A stretch of 64,000 nucleotides of DNA from Tricharina praecox (Eukaryota), in the NCBI RefSeq assembly GCF_024521635.1, contig NW_026250410.1, positions 1,054,001 through 1,118,000 of the forward strand, given 5' to 3'. The notes under the pieces are model-generated. The model was not told the origin of the DNA. It worked only from the letters and a program-made list of their open reading frames with translations, and searched no databases. The translations under genes and the position numbers were made by a program. Shown one piece after another: positions 50,381-61,311 of the stretch; within the stretch, counting starts at the first letter, position 1, and each line of letters begins with the position of its first letter.

Positions 50381-53208
50381 CTACCTTTCCTCGTTCGTAG
50401 TATCCTCCTGGAGTACGTCGTCCACCGGTACTGGTATGTCACCCTCCTCTTCCTCTTCCTCGCCGGGTTCGTTACTATCCTCTCTGGCCAGGTCTTCCTC
50501 CTCCTCCTCCTCAATCCCTTCAACTATATCGGTATTCCCACCAGCCCCCCCACCACGACGCTCCTGTTTCCAATACAGCTCTACCACTACGTCAGCGCAG
50601 TCCAGTCCACCAGCCCAGCACCCCCCTCCCTCCATCCCAGCGTACTCACCAGCCAACCCCTCCCCAGTACTCGCCTCCTCTATCCCCTTATCCCCCCTCC
50701 TCCTCACAAACCTCGGAAACCTGAGACTCAACCCCCTCTCGCCATCCACCAGCCCTTGTCCGGCCGTATACACCGGACTAAGCGACACCTGCGCAAAGGC
50801 GATTTCCCAGACCTCGCTTGGCTCGAACCACACATTGGGCTTGATCGCGCTTGGTGCGTCGTAATACGCCTTCCTTTTCGCACTCGTATTCCCCGTCTCG
50901 CTACCACCGTCGCCGTCGAGGTCGGGGGCGTAGAACGCCGTGATCTCAGCGTACATCTTGTCCGTGAAGCCGGACATGCATTTACACACTGCCTCGAGCG
51001 CGCCGGTAGAGGGGTTCCGAACCGCCAGCAGGATCGGAGACCACCACGCAGCCTTGCGCCCCTGCCCGTGCCAGCCGCCGATGGGGATTAGGTCCAGTGT
51101 GTCCGAGGAGCGGGAGTAGTCGGCTTTTACTTTCAGCCAGGACTCGAGACGTTGGGAGGGGGTGTAGGTCGCGAGCAGAGGTTTGTGGCGGGGGCGCGCT
51201 GTGGAGGGGACAGTGTCGGCGGCGGTGGAGGGGACGGAGGGGTTGTCCAGGACTTTGACCATCAGGCCTTCGCAACGGGAGGAGAGGGCTGCGGTGAAAA
51301 AGCTGCGCACGCGGTCGGAATCGCTGTATACGGCGTCGAGGGATTGCACCAGCGCGAATTTGTGCGGGACCGGCGTGAACATTGTCCGCAGCAGCTCGCG
51401 GCGCTCGCGGAGGGAGGTGGAGAGGAGCTCCTGCGCGGGAAGGTAAGTATCTGGTCAGCGCTTCTGGATCAAACGTGTATGAAACCCACTGGGGGACGGA
51501 CCTGGCCATTCAAGTACATCAGGTCGAAAGCGAAGAGGCAGACCGTGACGGTGACGTTCCCAATGTCGACATTCTTCCTCTCCCTGCCAGCGAGGGTCTG
51601 GAACTTCCCCAGCTCGCCCGTGTTGGCATCCACAGCGACCACCTCACCCTCCAGAATAAAGCTCTTCACGCCCTCCCCCCGCACACGCGGAACCAGCGCG
51701 ACCAGGTCCGGATACTTCCCCGTCATCAGTTCCAGATGTCTACTGAAGATCTCTACCCTTCCGCTCTCGTCGCAGTGGATCTGTGCCCGCTGCCCATCGT
51801 ACTTATACTCGCACGTGAACTCCCGTCCCCGCAGCTTCACCAGCATCTCGTCCAGGTCCCGCGTGATGCTCCCGAGCATCGGTATGAGCGGCACGTGCAG
51901 CGCCATCCCGCACACCCGCGGCAGCGCGTCCACGCCGCCCGAAAGCAGCGCCGGTACAAGGTCGTTGTAGTTCGGCCGCCGCGCAAAACAGCGCTTCAGC
52001 GTGTCCTCGGCGCGGGCAAACACTTCGAGCCGCTTCTCCTTCTCCGTCGGGAGCGGGTGCGTATTTGTATCCCGCAGCACGAACGCCCGCGCAAGCGCGA
52101 TCAGCATCGTTGTCCTCACGGCGCCGATCCGCAGGTGCTGCAGCAGCGTGCGCACGAGGTAGCGGAGCTCCTCGCCGCGGGCGGCCACGAGGAGGCGTTT
52201 AACGTGCGTTTCTTTGGCGGCTTGCGAGCCCTTGCCCGATACGGCGGCGAGCTTGACGAGCGTGCTGTATACGCCCGTGATCGTGAGTGGTGCGGGCTGC
52301 CCCATGGCCAATGTGCGCTGCGTGGATTTGGCGGAGAAGGCGACGTCGCCTGTGGTTGGGTTAATGGGGTTAGAAAGGGGGGGGGGGAGATGAGACTTGC
52401 CTGGGTCCCCGTATTTGTGGTATAGCTTCTTGACGGCTGCGGGTGTGATCCCGCTCGTTTTGATGATCGCCTTGGCGATGGTCGAGCTGCCGATCCCGAG
52501 CTCGGTATTTTCGTACGGCGGGCCGATGTCGTTCGTGGTCAGCCATACGGCTGGCAGCAGGGACTCGGGATCCAGCACCATTAGTAGCCGCAAAAGGTTC
52601 ACCAGTGTGTCTACTATCTTGATGCGGGACCGTGTGGCATTCACCAGTACGAAGGCGTGTGTTAGAAGGCTGTAGGGCGTTCGGCCGTGAGGCCATTCCG
52701 TCGTGAGGTGTTGGTAGTCGTTCGGGTTGAAGGTCAGAGGATCATTGTCCAGTGGGATGGCTTCTGTGGTTTTGGAGCTGTTCCCTTCCGTGAGGACCAA
52801 GATTCCTACGGCCTTTTTGGACTGTGGTGTTGTCGTTGAAGTCTGTTGATCTCCCTCCTGATCCTCCTCCGATTCTTTGGCAGCTACCTGGCTTGCGGGC
52901 TCGGAATTCCTTCTCTCTTGCGAACTACTCCTCTGCCGCTTCGATCCCGCATGGCTACTCAAGCCCCCATTTACCGCCATAGCCTGGTCCTCTTCTCCCC
53001 ATTCCCAGGCCAATCTTCGAGCAAACTCTTCATCCGTCAACGTCGACGCATCAGCCTCTTCCGAGTGACTGGCCGGTGCTGCGGGCTGTGATGGTAGCGG
53101 GACTGATGGTTTCTTCGCAAAAAAGTGGTCCAGAGTTTTCCCCTTGTATGGCGAGCTGGAGCTGGGCGGGTTCTTCTTTCGCTTTTTCGCAGGACTGCTA
53201 GATGCCAT
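50381..53208 (-). CDS. ATP-dependent DNA ligase of the ligase I family (fungal second paralog, S. pombe Adl1-like); introns 52350-52400 (GC-AG), 51431-51501 and 50581-50649
   Basis: NLS PAKKRKK; PIP-like TLDHFF; TRSRIKIVDTLVN; YGDPGDVAF; PMLGSITRDL; adenylation motif EYKYDGQRAQIH; FILEGEVV; FAFDLMYLNG; CEGLMVK; WLKVKADY; DLIPIGGWHGQGRK; SLRFPRF. Confidence 0.93.
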
Positions 53209-54818
53209 TGCAAGTGATGTGTTGAGTTGAATGAACGTTGCGAGGTGGAAGCTGTTGTCGTCATGAGTTCCATCAACTAGCTGGGAGCTCAACTGCGGTA
53301 GCACCTGCTAGTCAGTAGCTCTGGTCCGGGATCTTCGTCATCGATCGGCCGCATGGTCCGTGGATCGGGACGCTGGTGCCAAATGCTCGAGTTCCCGCCG
53401 GACTCCGCGCAACATCCGTGCCCGAGTGCAATTCCGTCCGGATTGCCATCGCGCCGTGTCGTCGATACTGGTTTGTGCCCGCTGTGCCCCGCGGGATCGG
53501 CGTCGCTGCCAGGGAAGTGTCGGTTTGTTCGGTTCTTCATACCGTACCGTATTGCATGCGGCCTATCAAGATCATGTAGGTACGAATGCGCGATAGAAGT
53601 CTCTATGTAGATAGATACCGCCCGCAGCCAGTGGCGTCGTCGTCCGAGGGACAGCGATTCTCCGTCATCCTCTGGAGCCACTCCGAGCCTAATTGAGCCT
53701 AGTAGAGTCCTTGGTCACGTGGTGCAGCAATAGCCGCATTGGTTTATTAATGTGTGAATTAAAAATCGATTTATTTATTCCTTGCCGATTTTCGTTGGCG
53801 ACTCCGCTTCCGTGTCTGTCTGCCTGTGAGTCGCTATTCTCGTCGTTGCCCCCCTCGCCCCGGCCATCCATTCCATCTCACCCCCCCCCCCCCCCCCCCA
53901 ACACCCGCCTTGCCTGTTGTCGCCCACTTCCACCATCACCACCCCCCCAAAGCCAAAGACGGCTTGTGGTTGGCTCGTGGGGATAGTGCTGTTCCTACAA
54001 CGTCACCACCCACCCTCTCCGCCCGCCGCCCGATCGAAACAGCCCTTCTTCCCACCCACCCTCCCACCACCACCACAACCACCACCTCCCGCCAACTGCT
54101 GGATGCTACCACCACCTTCCAGCAACTAAAACGTCCGAACGACGCCAACGAAACCCGACATCCCGAACATCTCTTACTCGTTCGAATCGACGCACGCTTG
54201 CTTTTCCCGCCCACCTGCCTGCTTGCCTGGCTTTCGCCTTGGCTGTTTTTAACTCTAACGCAACCGTAACGAACGTCCAACCAACTCTATCTCACACCTT
54301 CACCTTACTCCCATACTCACCCGTTCATTCACCCAACTCCGGAAGTATTCCCACTCCCCGTATACTGTCCGAGCCCGCCGCTGCCCGCCGCCCGCACACC
54401 CCCCCCATCCGCCCCATCTCTGTATTCATACCTCCTCCTCCCCTCCCCTAACATCAGCTGTCTTGTTCCCCTCCCCCCAAAACCCCCTCAAAAACCCCGT
54501 ACCGAAAAAGCTCTCCTTCAGGCGTGTCGGGTGCGTGCGGAGTGTGAGGGTGAGAGACACCCGCGGAAACAGAGAGAAGAGAGGGATCGAGGGTGACCTC
54601 CGCCTCGATTCAGTGCCCCACTATCCCACACCAACTCTCCCCCCAACCCTCCACCCACACAACGCAACCAGCAACCGGAAAAATCCTATCCTTCATACCA
54701 CCACCACCACTGCCGAAAATATACCCCACAACCACGAATCGAGCCAGCTGCCCAAATCTACCCCCCCCAGAAGCTCCCTTGTTTCTTAGTCACTGTGTAG
54801 CCGATACAAACAGCCGTC

Positions 54819-57800
54819 ATGTCGCACCAACAGCAGCAGCACTACGGCTACTGGCAACCTCCCCCTCCGTTCCCTCCTACCCCGGCTGAATATCACCAGT
54901 ACGCCTTCGCGGACGTGCGTCCACAGCATAACCAGCCCGATTATCCTCCAACTTCCCCCGCCTATTCGCAACAGCCACATCCACAGTACTACCCATATTC
55001 GTCGCCACCCGCCCAGCCGCCGCTATCGGTGTCGCAGTCCCAGAATGCCTATCCCGATCCTCGATCTCCCATGCAGGCGAACTTCAGTCCGAACGACATG
55101 TACACGCCGATGCCCGGTGCATTTGACTATCAGATCCCCGACATGGCCGGCCTGAATCTCGAGGATCGGCCTCCGTCGCCGCAGTATGTGGGGCGCAGGA
55201 GCAAGAGTAAACCTAGGAGCAGGGCGTCGAGCAAGGCATCGAATTCCACGAGGCCGACTTCGAGGGTGGAGCACCGGAGCATGCGTGGAAGGAAGCGGGC
55301 AATCGCTCCCCCACCTCCTCCGCCGCCGGGATATAAGCCGCCATCCATCGAGACCGTGGCGAACTCGCCCGTCCTGCTGCCGAGCTTGCCGTCGGAATCG
55401 CAGTCGTTGCTGGAAGAGGATGAGCAGTATATGGAGGATTATTTGAGGAGCATCGCTAAGGCAGCTGCTTTTGCCAATGCTAATGCTCAAACGGCGGAAC
55501 CTCCAAAGTCCAAGAGGGGAAAGTCTAAGAAACGGCCTCAGGTGCCTTTGTTCGCCGTGCCGGAGCAGGACCAGCTCCCGCAGCTGGAGCGCGATCGCAC
55601 CCCGTATGCTAGCTCTTCGGCTACCACTAGTACGGCTGCGTCATCGCCTCCTCCGGAAAAGTTGCCGCTTGAGCGTGAAAGGAGACAGTACGGGGGAGCC
55701 GCTGCGAAACGGGGATCGGATGCGGAGAGCGAGTTACGTGGTAGGAATGGAGGTGGAGGTGGAGGAGGAGGTGGTGGAGGTGGAGGAGGAGGTGGTGGTG
55801 GTGGAGGAGGAGGTGGTGGTGATGGTGGATATGCAGGAAGTGATGGACGCCATTCGCCAATTGTGGAATTGGAGCGTGAGAGGCGGCAATACGGTGGTTC
55901 TAGCGCTTATACAAATCACCACGAGGACACAGAGCGAGATGGCAGGCAGTATTCTGTTGGCGGCAATGACGCGGATCCAATGCCGCCGGAAGCTGCGCCC
56001 CGCAAGCCTCAGCCTTACTCCTTACATCCGGAGGCGGGCTCCCGTCAATCGCAGCATTATTCCGTGCAACCCGAGCCGTCTATGCCCCAGCAGCAGCCGC
56101 AGCCGCAGCAGTATTCGGCGCCACCAGAACCGGCTCCTGTGCCGCGTCAATCGCGACCATACGCTATGCCTGCGGAAGTCAACAAGCGCAAATCTCAGCA
56201 TTTTTCCACACAGCCTGAGGATTACTTAATACCCAAAGAAGCTGCACCGCCGCGTCAATCCCAGCCATATTCCATGCAGCCTGATGCTACTTACTCGATG
56301 CCTCCAGAAGCCGCGTCTCGTCAGTCGCAGCCATATTCCATGCATTCGGAACCGGAATATCACTCGCCGCCTCCTCCGGAAGCCGCACCCCGTCAACCGC
56401 AGCCGTACTCGATGCACCGGGAGCCAAGCTATGATATGCCCCCGGAAGCCGCATCTCGCCAGTCGCAATCGTATTCCATGCACCCGGAACCGGCATACTC
56501 GCCTCCGCCACCAGAAGCTGCTCCTCGCCAATCTCAGCCTTATTCCATGCATTCGGAGCCGGCGTACAGTATGCCCCAGGAAGCTGCACCGTCGCGTCAA
56601 TCTCAGCCGTATTCGATGCAGCCGGACCCGGCGTATAGTATCCCCGTGGAGACTACGCCCCGTCAGTCGCAACCTTACTCGATGCATAAGGAACCGACCT
56701 ACGATAAGCCGCAGGAAGCTGCTCGCCAGCCGCTGCCTTACTCCATGCATCAGGAACGTGAGTACTCGCCCCCTCCTCCGGAAGCTGCACCCCGGCAATC
56801 GCAACCGTATTCCATGCACCGGGAGCCGAGTTATGACAAGCCGCCGGAGGCTGCTACTCGTCAACCGCAGCCGTACTCCATGCATCAGGAACCGGAATAT
56901 TCGTCGCCTCCTCTGGAAGCCGCTCCCCGTCAATCTCAGCCGTATTCTATGCAGCCGGACTCGGCGTATAGTATCCCCGTAGAGACTACGCCCCGTCAGT
57001 CACAGCCTTACTCGATGCAACCGGACCCAGTGTATTCCAAATCCTCGGAACCTGCGCTCCGTCAGCCGCAGCCTTATGTCGTGCGTTCAGACTCTTACTC
57101 GTCGCAGCAATCGTACTCGAAGGCCCCAGAGACTACACCCCGTCAATCGCAGACATATTCAAGCCCGACATCAACGGCATCTAGGCGTGCTAACCAATTC
57201 GCCTACTCTTCTGACCGGCCACACTCCCGGGATGATCTGCGGCCGTCGAAGTCACCTGGTGTCACTCAGTCCCCGCGACAGCCTCCTCCACCTCCACCCC
57301 CGGAGTCGCCGCATTACACGCACTCACACTCCAGTAGAGTTCCGGAATCGCCGCAATACGCGCAGTCGCAGTCCAGTAGCACTAAATCACAGCACTCGGT
57401 GCCTGCAACTTCTCGGTTTGACGCACCGGCTCCAAGCGAACCTGCGCCGCCCTCCCCAACTCAAGACGGTTTTGCGCAGCAGAGTTTGGTTCATCGTCCA
57501 ACCACTCCATCATCCGAGTATCTGTCCGATCTGATCCCCGCTTGCCCGAAACGTCGGCCAGTTGCTAAAGGTGTTTGGTACGGAGTACCTGGCATTACAA
57601 ACTTCCACGTTTGCGAGAGGTGCTACGAGCTTCACGTCTACGACACGGCCTTCATAAAGTACTTTTCCGAAATCAAGCTGGCTGATGGTCAGAAGACATT
57701 CTGCGCGTTCAATACACCCCGCGTCTTGAACTATGTTTGGCCAAAGACCATCGAGGAAAATGTGTTTGAGATTTTCAAAAGCTACGCCGCGGGCCGATCG

Positions 57801-59081
57801 TCGATTGGCACCTGTACAGGCATGGATGCCTCGGCCAAGAAGGGTGTGTGGTACACGATCAAGAACAGTCCTCGGGGCGGGTTCATCGCCTGCCAGGCTT
57901 GTTATCAGGATGTGATCTTGGCGACTCCGTTTCACGGCTACTTTGGTCCGCTCGAAGCCACCGTTTCCGAAAACACCATCTCATGCCATGTTACTTGGCC
58001 CTTCATCGAGGCGCGTTTGCTGAACACGCCGACATCGAGTTGGGACGAGATCCAGCGTGACATTGAGTATAGGCTGCTCAAAGTTCCCGCGTGTCCGGGG
58101 GACAAGCTGATCAAGGATACGGGCCGTCGGTGGTGGAAGCCGAAGGGGACAGTGATGCCGCTGTACATCTGCGACTGCTGTTACTGGGACGGCATTTACC
58201 CGACGGTTTTCAGTGGCGAGTTCGATCTGGTGGTGCAGAGCCGCAAGCAGGCCTGGTGTTGTGCCATGAGTGGTTACCAACTCAGCACCGTCTGGCAGCA
58301 TGCTGCGGAGAAGAAGGAATTCAATAACTGGCTGGAAGCCGCCAACGCTGCACTCTCACCGATGTGCCGCTTCGAAGGATCCTCAGGTCAGATCTGGAAC
58401 GTCTTCAAGGACCCCACCCTGGATGGCTTCGACTTCTGTGAGCGCTGCACGGACGTATTCATCCGTCCCCTGGGCTTCGGCAACCGTCTCGAGAAGCGTC
58501 GCTACTCGGCAGAGGAAATCATCAAGTGCGATCTCAACCCCGCGAACGAATACCAGTCCGCGCTCCTCCGTGAACTCGGCGAAGCCGCCGCCTGGCGCGA
58601 CTTTGGAATCGTCAAGAAGTACCTCAGCCAGCTCGCTCCACAGGTGTACAAGCCGCCGGCGTGCCCGGGTGAGCTCGTCGTCAGCAGGTCCAGGTGGTGG
58701 GGCTGTCAGGGCTTCAACGTCTGCGAGGAGTGCTGGCTCGAGCGCGTCAAGTCCAGTCCATTCGCACCCTTCGTCAAAGAATTCGACCTCCAGGGCGAGC
58801 CCGAGGAGCTCTCGTGCGATCTCGGAACTCCCGATTGGCGCTACATCTGGCAGAAGCGGTGCGAGCGTAGGGATTTCGATAGCTTCATCGAAGCTATCAC
58901 CCTCAAGAATAAACTCGACGATGTACGGTTGCAGCGTGTGGAGACGATGGAGGAGATGCGCGAGAAGAGCCGCCGTGGCCTGTTTCCTGACGAGAGGAGG
59001 CGCCTTCAGGGCCTGCTCAATATGCTCCAGGAGGAGGAGAGAGATACGACCAATATGCTGGCGGTTTTGACGAGGGTGTAG
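54819..59081 (+). CDS. 1420-aa protein: P/Q/Y-rich disordered N-terminus, poly-Gly, ~22-aa tandem repeats, C-terminal repeated Cys-rich modules
   Basis: Uninterrupted 4.2-kb ORF with GC3-biased C-terminal half; five CxxC modules (VCERCY, ACQACY, ICDCCY, FCERCT, VCEECW). Confidence 0.9.
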   Translation: MSHQQQQHYGYWQPPPPFPPTPAEYHQYAFADVRPQHNQPDYPPTSPAYSQQPHPQYYPYSSPPAQPPLSVSQSQNAYPDPRSPMQANFSPNDMYTPMPGAFDYQIPDMAGLNLEDRPPSPQYVGRRSKSKPRSRASSKASNSTRPTSRVEHRSMRGRKRAIAPPPPPPPGYKPPSIETVANSPVLLPSLPSESQSLLEEDEQYMEDYLRSIAKAAAFANANAQTAEPPKSKRGKSKKRPQVPLFAVPEQDQLPQLERDRTPYASSSATTSTAASSPPPEKLPLERERRQYGGAAAKRGSDAESELRGRNGGGGGGGGGGGGGGGGGGGGGGGGDGGYAGSDGRHSPIVELERERRQYGGSSAYTNHHEDTERDGRQYSVGGNDADPMPPEAAPRKPQPYSLHPEAGSRQSQHYSVQPEPSMPQQQPQPQQYSAPPEPAPVPRQSRPYAMPAEVNKRKSQHFSTQPEDYLIPKEAAPPRQSQPYSMQPDATYSMPPEAASRQSQPYSMHSEPEYHSPPPPEAAPRQPQPYSMHREPSYDMPPEAASRQSQSYSMHPEPAYSPPPPEAAPRQSQPYSMHSEPAYSMPQEAAPSRQSQPYSMQPDPAYSIPVETTPRQSQPYSMHKEPTYDKPQEAARQPLPYSMHQEREYSPPPPEAAPRQSQPYSMHREPSYDKPPEAATRQPQPYSMHQEPEYSSPPLEAAPRQSQPYSMQPDSAYSIPVETTPRQSQPYSMQPDPVYSKSSEPALRQPQPYVVRSDSYSSQQSYSKAPETTPRQSQTYSSPTSTASRRANQFAYSSDRPHSRDDLRPSKSPGVTQSPRQPPPPPPPESPHYTHSHSSRVPESPQYAQSQSSSTKSQHSVPATSRFDAPAPSEPAPPSPTQDGFAQQSLVHRPTTPSSEYLSDLIPACPKRRPVAKGVWYGVPGITNFHVCERCYELHVYDTAFIKYFSEIKLADGQKTFCAFNTPRVLNYVWPKTIEENVFEIFKSYAAGRSSIGTCTGMDASAKKGVWYTIKNSPRGGFIACQACYQDVILATPFHGYFGPLEATVSENTISCHVTWPFIEARLLNTPTSSWDEIQRDIEYRLLKVPACPGDKLIKDTGRRWWKPKGTVMPLYICDCCYWDGIYPTVFSGEFDLVVQSRKQAWCCAMSGYQLSTVWQHAAEKKEFNNWLEAANAALSPMCRFEGSSGQIWNVFKDPTLDGFDFCERCTDVFIRPLGFGNRLEKRRYSAEEIIKCDLNPANEYQSALLRELGEAAAWRDFGIVKKYLSQLAPQVYKPPACPGELVVSRSRWWGCQGFNVCEECWLERVKSSPFAPFVKEFDLQGEPEELSCDLGTPDWRYIWQKRCERRDFDSFIEAITLKNKLDDVRLQRVETMEEMREKSRRGLFPDERRRLQGLLNMLQEEERDTTNMLAVLTRV
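56238..57160 (+). repeat. Coding minisatellite: ~12 well-formed plus ~2 degenerate 63-72-bp units encoding EAA(P/S)RQSQPYSM(H/Q)x(E/D)PxY
   Basis: Seen directly in the translation and in the DNA (cgtcaatcgcagccgtattccatgca variants). Confidence 0.92.
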
Positions 59082-59560
59082 TTTACTATGGCTTTGTGCT
59101 TGTGCTTGTGCTTATGGTGTTTCTTTTCAATTTTATGCTGTTCTTTTTTGTTTATTATTTTACTTTGGGGGGGGGGTCCGGCGTGGCTTTTAAAATATGG
59201 ATTTGGTTTCTTGTCTTGTCTTGTCTTGTTCTTGTTATTTCGGTGGTGGCGGATGTGCTTTTTTCCGTTGCTTTGCTTGCTTGCTTGTCTATTTGCTTGC
59301 TTGCGCGCTTGTGCTTGTATTTTGGGCGTCTGCAGTGTCGTTCCCTTCCTTACTTATTTATGCTTTACTTTATGCTTTATGCTTTACGATTGATGGGATA
59401 GGATGGGATTGATGGGATGAGATGGGATTGGTGGGATGGGATGGGATTGGTGTGGGGGTGCTGTGGTGATACCTATTTCTTTTGTGTGTGTGTTGTGCAG
59501 TTTGATTTATCTTGTGGAGAGAAACGTGTGTGGTATAGGTGGTATAGGTATGTGGTATTT

Positions 59561-60395
59561 TTAGATAAACGAGAGATCTATGCACACTGAACACTGGACC
59601 GAGCTGCCTATTTGACCGTGAGCCGTGAGACTTGAGGTGTCTTGCGTGATGGATTATGACTGCGACTGGCTAGGTAGGTGGACGAAGCCCATGGCTTTAC
59701 TGTCTCTGGGTCCGGAGCTGAGGGAGAGTGGGGGAGAGTGAGGGAGAGTGTGAATAGCAGCCCGAAGAACGACAAGTCAGGCCCCCCTCGAAATCAGAAC
59801 CACATCAGAGCCACACCAGAATCCAGAACCACACTGTACACTGCCACTAGCATAACAATCAAAGGGATAAGCATAACAGTCAAAGGGATACGCCGTGCAG
59901 ATACGCCGTGCAGATACGCCGTGCAGATACTCCGTGCAGATATACTTAGATAAACGAGAGATCTACGTATATATACTGAACGGAGCTATTCATCCATGAG
60001 CCTTGAGGTGCCTTGAGGGGTGAATACGACTGACGATGTACGACGGACTACCTAGGTAGGTAGGTACCTGGTAGGTACTTGGATAGACGAAACTCAGAGC
60101 TTTTGACGTCTCTTGGGCGGAGTAGAGGCGGGGGTGAGGGAGAGTGGGGGAGAGTGTGAATGGAGGCTGGAAGGCTGGAGGACTGGGACGGGACGGGATA
60201 CAAGGCTTGGACTTGGAGCTTGGAAGGGTTGGAATATCCTACTCCACCAGCAGCAAGTATGAATAGCAGCAAGTGTGAATAGCAGCAAGTGAGTGTGAAT
60301 AGCAGCTCGAAGAACCGTAAATTAGTCTCGTCCTCGACATCAGAACCACACTCCACAACGCCGCTGGCAGATGGGTATCATACGCCGTGCAAATG
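59561..60395. repeat. Diverged tandem duplication (~385-450-bp units)
   Basis: Anchors recur in the same order in both copies: TTAGATAAACGAGAGATCTA (59561 and 59946), CTTGAGGTG, CTAGGTAGGT, GGGAGAGTGTGAAT, GAATAGCAGC.CGAAGAAC, TCGA.ATCAGAACCACA, ATACGCCGTGCA. Confidence 0.85.
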
Positions 60396-60687
60396 CATGA
60401 CAACCATTGATTAGGCAGGTAGAAGTATCTACAGTACAACCAAACCATACCAGAAAACAGTGTCATCCACGATCCACCATGTCCGAACGCAGTAGAAAAT
60501 CAGAAGAAAACTAGTATAGCACCACCACAACAACAAAGTTCAAACAGTCATTAAGAAAGAGCCATCAAAGAACAACCATCAAGCAACAATCAGAGATAAC
60601 GATAAGAAACAACCACAACAACCACAACAATTAACACCCTCAGAACTAAGGACGGCAGCCCAAGATTCCGTACCGCAGGCGAGTGTA

Positions 60688-61311
60688 CTAATTCGGCCGG
60701 GCAAGCTTGTAGGTTCCGTTCGGCTGACGGTAGATGTGGGACCAGCCATCGGGGGCTCTAGAATCGGCAGCTCTAGTATAGGCAGCTCTAGCATCGAAGG
60801 CTCTAGCATTGGCAGCATCGAAGGCTCTAGCATTGGCAGCTCTAGTTTCGGCAGCAATGGCATCATTGAAAGCTTTGGAAGCAGCGGCAGCTCTAGCATT
60901 GACAGCACTGGCATTGGCCCTCTGATTTTCTTTCTGTATTTCATTCGTCAGCGCTCCCATCCTCCTTTCTCCTTTACACGCCCAAGCACAAGCACAAGCA
61001 CAAGCAAAAATGGGATATCATACTTTCTTCTCGGCCTCCCTCTCGGCCTCCCTCACGACGGCATCAGCCCACCTATCCGCCGCCATATTGGCTTCCTTCC
61101 TAGCATTTTCGGCGATGATCTTGGCCTTGGCGGCCTCAAAGACCGCCTTGGTGAACCGCTCGATTGCGGCGGGTGGGCTGGGGGGCGCAGCAATGTACTG
61201 GTTGTTGTAGAGCATCGGACGCACACTGCCGTCGGAGTACGTCAGCCAGAAGATGTTGCCGGGGACGGGGCGGGCGGGCGCGGGCGGGACGGGGGGGTAG
61301 TTGTAGGCCAT
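60688..61311 (-). CDS. Spliced orphan protein (~177 aa), Ala/Arg-rich helical with internal repeats; intron 60934-61023
   Basis: actacaATG start MAYNYPPVPP...; a phase-0 GTATGA...GCTGAC...ACAG intron joins ORF 61018-61515 to ORF 60688-60960 in frame. Confidence 0.7.

Noticed and set aside
53208..53304. In-frame upstream extension of the DNA ligase as a mitochondrial presequence
   Set aside because: It starts at GTG and is acidic (DGTHDD) with no Arg, unlike a presequence.
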